A stretch of DNA of 58,486 nucleotides from Pelomyxa schiedti. Lineage: Eukaryota; Protista; Evosea. The notes beneath the pieces are model-generated. The model did no database searches and was not told the origin of the DNA. It saw nothing but the letters and a program-made list of their open reading frames with translations. Position 1 is the first letter of the stretch. The number at the start of each line of letters is the position of its first letter. The stretch is taken from assembly GCA_020536535.1 (NCBI GenBank), contig JAHLWZ010000451.1:1-58486 (forward strand), read 5' to 3'. Below, one piece after another: positions 46,684 to 58,423 of this stretch. Position numbers and translations under genes: made by a program.

Positions 46684-48474
46684 ATGGCCACGATTAACGC
46701 TGAGGGGGTCGCTACCAAGGACGCCTGCGGAGATCACAAAGCGGATCTCGCCCCTGTAATTGCTGCCGTAGTTTCGGCGCCACCCACAACCTCGCCGACA
46801 TCAACCGCGGAAACGTCGCCCGCGGCACCCACAACGCCCACGAACGCGACTACGTGCCCTATTACTACTGCCGCTACTGCCACTACAACGAGCGCCAGCG
46901 GAGCCACAGAAACCGCCGCGGCGAAAACGACAGCAGCAGCGTCGGACAACGACGCCGGGGGATCAGACCTAACGGGGGAAGAAGTGGCTGTGGACGTGGC
47001 TGACGACGACCCAGACGTCGACGGCTCGAAGCCACCGAGCGCGGCTGCTACTGGCGCTGCTGAGGAGGGTCTGAAGTTCAAGCAATACCCGTAAGTGCAT
47101 GTCATGCACGCACGCACGCACGCGCGAACGAACGAACCACACCAGAGAGGAAGAATCTGGCCAAATGATTCAGCTTGTTCTAACCTTGGGAAAAAGGTCA
47201 TTTGATAACATTGGCAAGCCTGGTGTACTCGACCCTGTGCTTGCAAAGTACGGAAAGGATGAGTTTGTTGTGACTGAGAAGGTTCATGGATCGAACTTCT
47301 CTTTCATCACCAATGGGAAAGAACTTATAACAGCAAAGCGAGGAGGCCTTTTGCACCCGAGGTACCAATTCATTTTGTGCAAAAGAACCCTTACAGTAAA
47401 TAGTGCCAAGTTCTTTAATTTTACGAGAGTGCTCGACAAGTACAAGGATAGAATAATGCAAGCCTTCGTTATAGCACAGAAGCGGTTCGGATTCACCCGC
47501 TTGCACGTATTTGGTGAATTCTTTGGGGGAGAATATCCCCACGAAGGTGTTCCCAAAATTCCGGATGCTGTATCTGTGCAGCGGAGATTGTACTATTCTA
47601 ATGATAACGAGTTTTTTGTATTCGACTTAAGTGGTGGTGTTGGCTTCGTGGATTATGATGACATGCTCTCTATTTGCCAGGTTAAAACTTGTACTTTTGG
47701 CTCTCATCTAAACAAATACAGGAAGCGGGACTGCTTTGTGCTCAGCCACTCTTCAGAGGTACCTTGGCAGAGTGTGTTAAAGTACTGAAACCTGTTCTTA
47801 TTTTCGGACTCTAACCTTCTCATTTTTAAGTTTCCTGTTGTATTTCCTACAACCATCAGTGGTAAGTGTTCGCTTTCTCTGTCAAATTTTAACAACTCTA
47901 CAAGGCATGCTGGGATTACCTCCAATACCAGACAATAACGCTGAAGGAGTTGTGATAAAGCGTGTCAAACACTCACGACCTCTTTTTAAAAGCAAAAATC
48001 CCAAATTCGAGGAAGTGGTACGGCTCTTCATTCTTCCCTCCCCACCGAACAGTAATTTATCTTCCTAGGCATACCTGCTCACTCCAGAGAAAAGAATTGC
48101 CGATGCAGCAAAAAGGGAGATTTACTTACAAAAGAAAGCCGAAAGAGCTCAGCTGGGACCTACGACCCCCACAGAACCAGCGGCACCATCACCATTATTC
48201 ATTGCTGCATCAGCCTACGTTACCAGCAACCGCTTGGACAGTGTCATTTCTAAAAGTATTGCGTTTCAATTGAACTCCCTAACCACTCCACACAGTTGGT
48301 CAAGTCACAATACGGGACAGTGCAAAGTTAATGGGACTACTGGTACAGGACGCACTCAAGGATTTTGAGAAAGACAACGAAGAATATAGAGTCCTTGCCA
48401 AGGATGAGCAACGCAAAATCAACAAACTGCTAATGCTACCAGCCAAGAATGTAGTTACACAGCACTTCGCTTAA
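46684..48474 (+). CDS. Rnl2-family ATP-dependent RNA ligase (T4 Rnl2 / kinetoplastid REL-like) with a Thr/Ala-rich N-terminal extension
   Basis: FKQYP|SFDN start of the ligase domain. Motif I TEKVHGSNFS, III FGEFFGG, IIIa FFVFDL, IV AEGVVIK and V FKSKNPKFEE. C-domain YVTSNRLDSVISK|VG...LLVQDALKDFEKD. Confidence 0.9.
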
Positions 48475-48554
48475 TTGTCCAAAGATTTTCTTAAAAAACA
48501 AATAAATAGTAGTAGTTATTCTTTGCGAGTTTGGATGGGTGACTTGGGTTTTTT

Positions 48555-49575
48555 CTAGCAGCTCCTGTCACATCTGTCACAGAAGAAAGAGTTAAACTTG
48601 ATATTTGCAGTTTTCCTGAGGTCAGTGCACTGGGAACAACAAAGCATTGGGTTCTGTGCAATAAACGCTTCACCAACTACCGTGAAATCTTCACGAATCA
48701 GTGAGGTAATGTCAGTGAGAAGGGAGTTCCTGTGTGAATATTGTCATTAATGCCGTAGGAAGAACAAACATTTGGTGCGCGCTTGGTTATATTTTTGCGT
48801 ATTGACAGGAAAGACTTACTCGTTTATATGCAATAGGTTTCCAATCATTTTGAGGGAAGGAAGGTGGAGAACTTCCAGACTATTAACAGCGAGATTCCCC
48901 CAGATGTCCAGTTCTTCGGAAATTTGAGCCAGTGCGGGGAAGGAAACGTTCTTCCAAGATTCCGTACTCACACTGAGGCACCAGACATTGTGAAGGTGCG
49001 GCATATTTACATCGACGAGGTTCGGATTATCTCCATTTAACTCCAAAAGGTTGACAGAGAGAAGTTGGGGGAAGTCAAGTGATGCGAGCTTGCCACCGGT
49101 AGTACTAACCAGTAAATCCGCGGTTACAGTTCGGAGTGCAGGCATAGATACTTTAGTAGATTTTCTGCACTCAACTGCCATCGTGTAGGCCTTGAGAAGG
49201 TTGTTATTAAACACAAAACACTCCCTGTTTTTTAAAAACAAGGGGAAAAAAAAAAACCGATTCGAGGACAGGGAACGTAATGACGTCGGCTTCAATAGAA
49301 GGTCCCAGAATCAATCCGCAGCTACCACCAACACACCCATCAATATAAGTCAGCTGGGCGAAGGCCTGCTGGATTTCCTCGTCAGTGCAGCAGTCTATGG
49401 TCAGTCCGAAGTGGAACGCGGTGCAGTTGGACAGGGCCATCAGGCCCGTAGAATTCGTCACCACTGTCTGCTCGTACGCGTCACCGCAGTCCTCTCCATC
49501 TACACCCACCCAGTACAATGATTCCCAGCAGCACGAGAACAACAACATCACAACCGCCACTCGCCTAACCGCCAT
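48555..49575 (-). CDS. Secreted receptor-L-domain-like repeat protein
   Basis: Signal peptide. Repeated FPxLxxV/I units, LSNCTAFHFGLTI, and a terminal IAQNPMLCC with a Cys cap. Confidence 0.7.
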
Positions 49576-49871
49576 TAATTACTACGCAATCACAAGCCTC
49601 CGGAGTTGAAACGACTGTTGGGTTCTTGCATTCCGAGAAAGGTACACTTGGGGATCGACGGCGAAGTACACCTTGAAGAGAACTCTGTCTGGTGCTTGTA
49701 GACTAACCAAGTTGGGATCCAGAGTTGATGTTATTGAACACACGTTCAGAAGAAAGCCGACACTCCTTATTTGGGCCGTTCGGCGATTTTCCTCCGTCGT
49801 TATAAGAGATTCTTACAGCGAGCAAAAAAAAAAAAAGAAAAAAGCTAACCCTGTTGGTTCAAACGACACGA

Positions 49872-51250
49872 ATGCCCAAGACACTGCTTATTATCGACTT
49901 TAGCACCAACTGGTACGCCGTGTTCAACAACAAAGCCAAGCCAAGGAACAGGCTGGCCAACGGTGATCAAATAATTATCGAGCAAACCGAATGGAAGTAT
50001 ATGTCTATCAAGGCCTGGTTAGTCTTTCTGCCCTGTTTTTCTTTAAGATAGTTTGAAAAGTACTTCGTACTATACGCGATATACGTTTTATACTTTGGTA
50101 ACAAATTTGCTGCAGTTCTGATGGTCGGTGCTGGGTGCATATTAACCGAAGTGAGGACCCCTTCCCGTGCAGCTCTCAGAGCAATGACAGGGTTATTTCA
50201 CCTGACTTCTTGTTGATCCGAAACTTCCCTACGACAGTGCACGACGAGGACTTCAAGAACATCCTTATGGGATTCATGTTTGCTAACATTCCATCAGTGA
50301 ACAACCTTCAGTCCGTTTACCTTGGTATCTGCTTCTGTTTCTTGATTTCTTTTTTGTTTAAAATATGCCCAAATAGATATGCAGAGACCTCTGATTTATA
50401 ACGAGCTTCGCAAGTGCGAAGTAGCGCTGAAGGAAAGGGCAAGAGCAGCAGGTCGTGACACAACCAACATGCTTTCTGTTGTGCCAATGCAATACTTTGG
50501 CAACCAGGTGCCGATCACGGTCTTAATTCAATTTTCGCTAACACAACACAGGGAGGAGTCCTTGGGCCACAAGAAATCCAAAATGTCCCAATAAACTTCC
50601 CCACTGTGATGAAGGTTGGCAACTGCCACGCTGGTATTCACAAATATCCTCTCTTTTTTTCTTTAACTCTGAAAAGGTTATGGTAAAGCTCTCGTTGCCA
50701 AGGCCACTGACCTCGCTGATATATCAAGCATTGTGGCTCTCAATAGGAACTTCTACACGTGTGTAAAACAAAAGCAAAAACATCAACAATAGTAGAATCT
50801 GAACTAACTTTTTTTTTGGTTTTTTGGCTTTACAGAGTAGAAGAGTACCTTGACTTCGAGTGGGAGTACCGTATCCAGTGCGTAGGCGAAAACGTGCGCT
50901 GCTTCAAGCGTGAGTCCAAGAACCACTGGAAGAGCAACTGGGGAAATCTGGTGTTTGAGGACTACCCTGTCGCTGAGCATCACGTTGAGTTTGCTCGCGA
51001 GTGTGCCAAGGTAATCCTCCCATACATTCCTTTCACCAACGTAATTGAATGTTTTTGCTAATGCGTGACTTTGTAGATCTGGGGAGGGCTTGATATTTTT
51101 GCCATTGATGTGGTGCACATGGCCGATGGTCGTGAATTCGTTCTGGAGATCAACAACTCCTCCAACGGGTTCTACTTCAAGCACGAGGTCGAGGACGCCG
51201 GCATTGTAGCAGATCTGGTCCTGGCCAAGATGAACGCCCTTTGGCACTAG
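49872..51250 (+). CDS. Synapsin-like ATP-grasp protein (C domain only)
   Basis: LLIID..NWYAVF, IEQTEW, PDFLLIRN, ANIPSVNNLQSVY, FPTVMKVGNCHAG|YGK, YRIQCVG..FKRES..WKSNWG and WGGLDIFAID..VLEINNSS. Confidence 0.87.
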
Positions 51251-51392
51251 TGCTTGTCAATAAAACCACAAAAAGCTGGGAAAAAAACGTCAAGAAGACA
51301 AGTTGGGGGGCCCTAACTTGTCTTTCAGACAACTTTGCCGTACCTTTCTCTTCTTTCTTCGGTCCAACGAGGAGGACAAAAAACAAAGCACG

Positions 51393-53646
51393 ATGTCGGG
51401 TACCAATTACGTGTCGGCCGCCTACGCCGCTGCTATTATCGGGTCTGAGCCGCCAGATACGCCACCCACAGCGCCGCCTGCTGCCCACACGTCGCGGGAA
51501 CCGGAGCAAGGAGGGGGGAGTTACTCTTCGCCCGAGGGGCTCCACCCGTTCTCCTCTTACGTTTCGCTGAGCACAGGGGCCGCGATGATACTGGGCTCGG
51601 AGCCGCCCCTTACAACGCCCCCCTACGTCACCCCGGCGGAGATCGTTGGCTCCTTTCCCCCCGAGAGCTCCCCAGTGCGGCCGCCATCCGCACCGCCGTT
51701 GTCGCCGTCGCAGCCTTCGCGTCCAACTGTCCATTCCTCTCCACCGTCACAGTCCCAGTCACAGTCACCTTCACCATCACGATCGCAAGCACAACCACCA
51801 ACATCAACCCCGCCTTCCAGTTTGTCTGTGCCTCGTGTGGACATCGCGGATTACTATAGAAGTCGGCACTTCTCGGTGTACTGTTTGAAGTGCAAAGAAG
51901 TCAAAGAAGCCAAAGTTCGTCCATGTTGTAAGGAACATAGGCACGACAACGTTCAATATATGTCGGCACCAGAAAACTGGGCAGATTTGATGGGACGTTC
52001 AGATGCCACGTGCACATGTTTCACTTGTCTTACCACTGGTGTCACCACCAAAGTAGCTTTTCTCTTCGGGTGTCGTGTCTGCAACAGCAATGAGGTTGTT
52101 TTTTCGCAGTCACTATTTATTGACTGGACGGGCACTACGCACAAGTGTGAGGCCTGCCGCAATGTAATTTGCTCCCATTTTTTTTATCATCTTGAGTAAC
52201 AAAAGAGCAGGACTTCCGCCAAGACGCCATGGTGTGGTTTCCCTGTGGACACTGCTTATGCACAGGGTGCTTTATTAGTTATACAACACTGATATGTACA
52301 AGCCCACAACCCATCCATTGGAATCAAACAGACAAACAACATGCCATAAAGTGTTGTTGTATGCAACTGGGAACTGTCGCTACTATACTTAATTGCCAAT
52401 AGACTCAGATTGTCCTACTTCCTTCTTACCTGATGACCGTATACTTAAAATACTCGGCCCCGAATTGTATAACCGCTATAAAGCAAAGTGCGCTAATATG
52501 TTCTCTTTAATGGTATGTCTTTTGTAACACTTAATTGAGCTCAATGGTTTTACAGGACCGGGGGGATACAAGTGTATACTGTTCCAATCCACAGTGTATG
52601 TGCTCTGGTTCACCGTTTATTATCGTTCATCGAGGTAACTCCGGCTCTAGCCACTATGGTGAATGTCCCATGTGTAAGGTAGCTTTGGATATGCACTCAT
52701 TGACAATTTAAATAAATGCCCAGACGATCACATGTCTTGTATGTAAAGACAATAAGGAGAGCTGTTCTTGCCCCCCACTACTTGCCCCGCCTGTACCTAC
52801 TACTTCGCTCTCTACAACAGGTATTTGGTGAAAAATTTCTTGTCTTAAAGATTGTAGGTCACTTTTGCCGCGGGATTATTCTGCCTCCTGAAAAAGAAAG
52901 AAATCTCATTCTTTCGATCAAAGGGAATACCACCCTCATAATACAGGTACATGGATGCCCTATAAGTGGTGAAACTGAATTTCTCTAAATAGATCCACAG
53001 AGATTTTACAATAAAAATGGTGAAGAAAGTTATTGAAGAAACATCCGGAGATCGAGATCTCTACCCTTGCTTCCGACAAAAATTACTTGCTGGAGGGAAA
53101 CAACTTGAGGATACAGAGACCATTGGCCGTTACAATTTAGAGAACGAGTCAACAGTTTTTTTGATTATGTCTACCCTTTCACCTGAAACAGGGTCTCCCT
53201 CTTCCAGGTGCACATTTTCTCTGGCTCCTATCTTATTTTGCAAACAACTATTTCAGGAACTCGTCCGCAAGTGAATCCGTTAGGAGCTCTGTGCGCAGCT
53301 TTGTAGGCACTGTCTGTCAGACTTGCCCAAAATGCGGAGCTGGGATTACCAAGCCAAGGTATTCTTTGCTTTTGAGATTATCGAATTTTTGAAATATTGG
53401 AATACAGAAGCCATGGCTGTCACACTGTAAAATGCCCACAATGTGGCCAAGCATTTTGGTAAACCATAACTTGTTACGCCATTGAAAAACTGATTCAATC
53501 TCCACAACAGCTACAATTGTCGTGCTATCGGCAAATGTGAATGTCTTCCGTATTGCACTGACAAATGTATCTGCCTTCCCTGCACCGAGTGCCGACGTAA
53601 TAAGCGTTGCCCTGGATGTGGTGGCTGCGATGTTTGCAAGCTATAG
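51393..53646 (+). CDS. Parkin-like RBR E3 ligase: Pro/Ser-rich N-terminus, RING0, RING1, IBR, ubiquitin-like domain, RING2, Cys-rich tail
   Basis: RING0: FSVYCLKCKEVKEAKVRPCC..PENWADL..C..C..AFLFGC. RING1: CEAC..FPCGHCLCTGCFISY..CP...LKILGPELYNRY. IBR: YCSNPQC..CPMC..CLVC. Ubl: QKLLAGGKQLEDTETIGRYNLENESTVFLI. RING2: CPKCGAGITKPRSHGCHTVKCPQCGQAFCYNC. Confidence 0.85.
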
Positions 53647-53825
53647 CTGGACTCCCCGGTCAAAGAAATGAAATGGGTGAACAAAATAATCAGCAGACTC
53701 TATTCATTTTCCTTCTCATCACAGAGGACTGTTTAACAAATAACAAAGACGAAACCGAAAAATTTACACTTGTTTTGTTTTTTTCTATAAGTGAGTTTGG
53801 TGTCACTCCAGGGAATGGGGCCACC

Positions 53826-55574
53826 TCAGTGGTGATGTCTGCGAGTGCTGTGGTGGGTTCGGTGGTGGGGGGTTTCACCGTCGGCGTTGGAGTCGGTTTC
53901 AGGAGATGGGTTGCGGTGGTGGTGCGAGTGTGAGCGAGCACGGCCCGACGAAGGGGTTGGGTTGGGCTCCGGGGGTTCCGAGTCCGCGGCGCCGCCACCG
54001 CTGCCGCCGTCTGCCTCGGCGTCGGCCTCGGTGTCCCCGCTGGGGTTGTTGCCGCCGCCTTCGTTGCCGTCGTCGTCGTCGTCGCCGTCTTTGGCCTTGC
54101 TCTTGCCTTTCTTGGTGTCTGGGATCTCGGGCGGGGGCTTGGTGCCCACTTCTTGCTGTCGCCAGGTCAAGAGGTTGTGTACAAACTGAGCAGCTTTCTG
54201 TGACATTACTAGGGCCTCCATGGGGTCCGGCGTCATGGCTTCATACAGGTTGGGAGCAACAACGATTGCTTGGGTGATATTAGATATTTGTTTATTTGAG
54301 AATGAAAGGATTAGGAAGTACCAAGATTCTGTGGTCCGGGTTATTTTTTGGTTTGTTTTTTTTTGGGGGGGGTGGGTAGAAAAGTAAGAAAACAGTAAAT
54401 CAGATATAGACCCATACTTGTGCAGTCATCTTGTTTACAGTTCTATTGGCAGTTACAGTAAGTAATAAATCCAGAAGCCAATTCGTTAGACCGAGGTACG
54501 GCTCCTGGAGAGCTTGGAACAACTGAACACTATCAGATACAGTTGAGCAATCAGAAATTTGTTTGCTCGGCAGTGTATTGAGCACTGGCGTTGGAAGTTC
54601 ACGATACCAAATCTGGTGAAAAGAACTTTAGAGCAAATTTAATGCACAAGATACCTTTATAAGAGTGGCGATTGCATTCACATCAGTTGGCATGGAAAAG
54701 TCGCCTTTGTTCATTTGTTGTTTGAATTGCTTCACTTCAAGTTGTTCACCAGCAAGCCGGAAGACTCCTTCCTGGATTTTTCCTCAATGTGATTTGAATT
54801 ACTGGATTGGAGACAAACCTGGTCAAGACCATCATTTTCAAAAAAGGCCTTTTTAAGGGCTACAAGAACCGCCGGAACCTTGAACTCTGATTGTTTGTTA
54901 AGTTTCGCATTTCCGTGGTTTTTTAAGTACCTCCATCCTGGACCTGGTCAAGTGTTGTAGGGTCCACCCCAAAAACACCTGTTTCACAACGGATACGAGC
55001 TGTCAAGAATATGCAACCAGCCCCTGTTGGCATGTGAGGGGAACTTGCTTGACTTTTACTGCAGACCTTCGATTTGCAGGTTGACTTTGAAATTTTGGTT
55101 CACTTTGGATCGGATAACGAGTTTTGCTTTAATTTCCTTCTCTTTATTCTGCATTTGTTTTTGCTTGTTTGTTAAACTTAAACAAGGTCATTTGCACTTA
55201 CAGCTTTAATTGTGCCATCAGCGGGACTGAAATTTAGCTGGAACTCTCTTGGGAAGCACGGCTCAAAATGAAACTTCACATTGTAATTGTTGTTGTTGCG
55301 GATAGTCAAACGGTCTACAAGAGGTTTGTTCCTGAGATCGTGGACACTTGTTAGCGGATTACCAAATTACAATGAAGAAACTCACAACGGAATTGACGGA
55401 AAGGCGTCAAGCCCCCAATCAACAACCGCCTTGGACACCTGTTCTCAAAAAAAAAAAAAAAAAAAACCGGGTTAAAAAAAAGTGAAAGCGAGAGCTGTAT
55501 ACCTCCACTTTTCCACCAACACCACCACCGGTCGAGGGTAGATCTCCGAGTCCTTTCCCGTGCTCCTGCCCCAT
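53826..55574 (-). CDS. gacA: RhoGAP with an N-terminal Ig/MSP-like domain (Dictyostelium GacA-like)
   Basis: MGQEHGK start, GVFGVDP, EGVFRLAGE (arginine finger), AIATLIK|IWYRELP and NKMTAQ..AIVVAPNLY. Confidence 0.8.
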
Positions 55575-55882
55575 GCTCGCAGCACCAAGTTTTTTTTGTT
55601 TGTTTCGCGTTTTCGTTTTTCGTGGTTTCCGAACTTTTGCTCTGATTTTGTGAGTTCAAAGAATCGGCAATATTTTTCTGAGAGAACCTTACAATGTGAA
55701 GGCTGTGGATCAAGTCGAAGATCTACGGTTTTTTCCCTGATTGACACCAATCCCCTGGCTTGTGTGCCACAGCTGACCTGTTTCGTACTTTCTTTTTTAT
55801 TTTTTTTTTTCTTTGCGCAAAAGGAAGAAGCCCTTAAGGGCATCTTGTTTCCATGACACTTTGATTTTATTGTGAACTGGTG

Positions 55883-58258
55883 ATGTGGATGAAGAGTGCA
55901 TTTGTCATTGCTTTCTGCAGTTGGTGTTCATTCGTACTATCTCGTGTGGTTTGCCCTCAGGCTGGATTCTTCTGTCTCAACGAGAAAACGTTTGTTCTCT
56001 CTCAAGAGCACTTGGCAATTTCACATTGTTTGTGTCACAGCTATGTGTGGTGTGACGAGGAAAATTTGGACCTCCCTACATCCTGGACCTGCAAATCAGG
56101 CCCAATTTGCAGGTGTGGTCACGCCGGCGGAGAAAAGGGACCTTGTGAGTGGGACTACACCAAAATGGTCAATGTGACCTGTGAGGGTTGGTATACATTC
56201 ACTGATTAGCATTACTTCTGACATCCATCAATAGGCGTTGCGGGGCAAGAACTTTCTGATTGGACAAACCTCCCTACTCAACTCAGTTCAAGTGGACTAT
56301 CTTTCTTAACTTTTCGCACGGTAACTGTACAATAGATATTCATCAACGTTCAAGCACAAATCATGTACCTCTTGCACTACTTCTCTCAAAAAGTTACTGG
56401 AAAGCGGCCTTGCAGTACCTCATTTCCCTTCCTGCCTACAATGATCCATCTTCATATCAGCCACCAAGTGCCGGCGAGGGTCAGGGTCACTGGTGTTCAT
56501 TTCATCCTCCCTACACTTTTGACAGCAACCCCTCACAATTTTGGATTGGTAAGATAAGAGGAAAGCGAGTTTGGAATCATATCATTCACTATTAATAGGG
56601 TTCAGTGATGAGGTTGTAACTGTCGCCTCCCAGCCCGCGCGTATAAGTTCACAGGAATGACTCTGGCTTATCTTCTTGATCATTATGGAATGTAGGTGAA
56701 CAATTTGTATTCCCAAATTTAACTCTATTTTTGGCCAGTAATCCGGCAGTGATACTAAGCCTTATTGCAATTGATTCTGGGGCCAGCTTGCAAAGTTCCT
56801 CTGACACAAATACTCTATTTAAAGTAGGGAATGGAAACGGTCATTTTGATTGGTATCTGACATTTTATTGTACCGTACTGTATAACCTTCATTAAGTACA
56901 TGGCAGTGCCCGCGATCCAATGGGAAAGTAGTGAACTTAGACATCGACCAATTTTCCACACTAGCCTCGGTCCTGGCTATGAGGATCAAAATCAAAGGTT
57001 ATTTTTTTTTTACCTCCAGAGTACTCTGAGTGACTTGCGGATACAGGGGATACCCCAATTTATCTCAGTCACAATTTCTTTTCAAACACAAATGAACTTT
57101 CACAAGCCTACCGGTCTTACATTGAAGACCCACAAAAAGTACCTCCCAGTAGTAGCTTCGCGTTTTGGATTAACTCTTGGGAAGGCAATCATCCTTTCTG
57201 GGTTAAACTTACACCTACATCACACCCTGGCGTACAGTTTTGATAGAGGTAACATCTCCCTTTTCCTCCTTTACTCTCTACCTACCGTGACTCTAGTGGG
57301 GATGCGCACTCCCTGGGAAGGAAGATCCAGGTTGAGGCGTGACGAACTGGAATCTGCTGCAGGTTTTGGAATGTTACCTTCTTTGCTTTTCCCATTCTTT
57401 TTGTAGTGCTGTATGCCCACAAAAAAACGATCTTTGATCCTATCTTTGGAAGCGAGAAATTACAGACTTGCCCTCCTTCCTCCGACCCAACATTGTTTGC
57501 TTGTCTGTCATCTAGATTCTAGACTTATACTAACTTAGGGAGTGCGGCCTTATTTCTGTCTCTGATGCTCTCCATTTGTGTGAAGTTGTGAACAAAGCCA
57601 CTGATGTGTATGACTACTCAATTGTCTGGGATGATGTGGTGTATGCTACTAGCACAATTTGTATGACAAGTCCAACTTACAACTTAGGTTCTTTATAAAC
57701 GAATTGAGGGGTACATATCCTTTTCTGGAAGTTGCCCAAGTTCATCCGGAGATTGATTGGTCATCACTTCTTGATAATGCACGAGACGCCTTTTCAATAC
57801 TGTCAGCGAATAGGTTTCATCAATCAGGCGGAAATAGCAAGTAAGACCTTACGCGCACGCAATTATCTAAGGAAAACCTGTGAAACAGGGTACCGTACAC
57901 TGGTAATGAAATCTCCTTGCGGTATGACTGGCGGATGCTTCTTGCCGTTATGCGTTTATACCTTCCCCCAAGGGAAAAGCTAGTGGGACCCTCATTCCAT
58001 GTTTCACACTGAAGCACTGTATGCCTAAACTAAGCCAACAAACAGGCAATGGAAAATCTATTTTACGGCATTTACATATCTGATTCTCTTGACGCGGCAC
58101 TTTTCCGGAACTGGCCTTTGGAGAACTGCACATTTGCAGGTCTTCAAACCGAGATATGCAGGTCAGAGTACTCCATCTTGAATCGACTGTTGCCAATTCA
58201 ACATTTCACAGACAAGAAAACTCAGCCCACCAGCTCACGTCAATTTTTACAGCACTAG
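55883..58258 (+). pseudogene. Secreted protein gene (signal peptide, Cys-rich module, unknown domain) with a 13-nt frameshifting deletion; 3' end approximate
   Basis: Compared with the copy at 1-684, loss of ATTGCCAGATAAG after 56647 shifts the exon frame to a TGA at 56658-56660. Confidence 0.65.
56434..57105 (+). repeat. Direct copy of 1-684
   Basis: Near-identical to the start of the window. Confidence 0.97.
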
Positions 58259-58423
58259 TATTACTAGCACTTTGTGTGCCATGTTGCCTTTTCTCGATGT
58301 AAGAATAGAACAGAACCATTGCCATCACCATTATTCTCCTCCTTCTTTGTTTTCCTTTTTGACCAACAACCCTCCTCCGGGGATAAAACCAATTTTTATT
58401 CCCGCTTGTAGAGTTTCCGGCGC

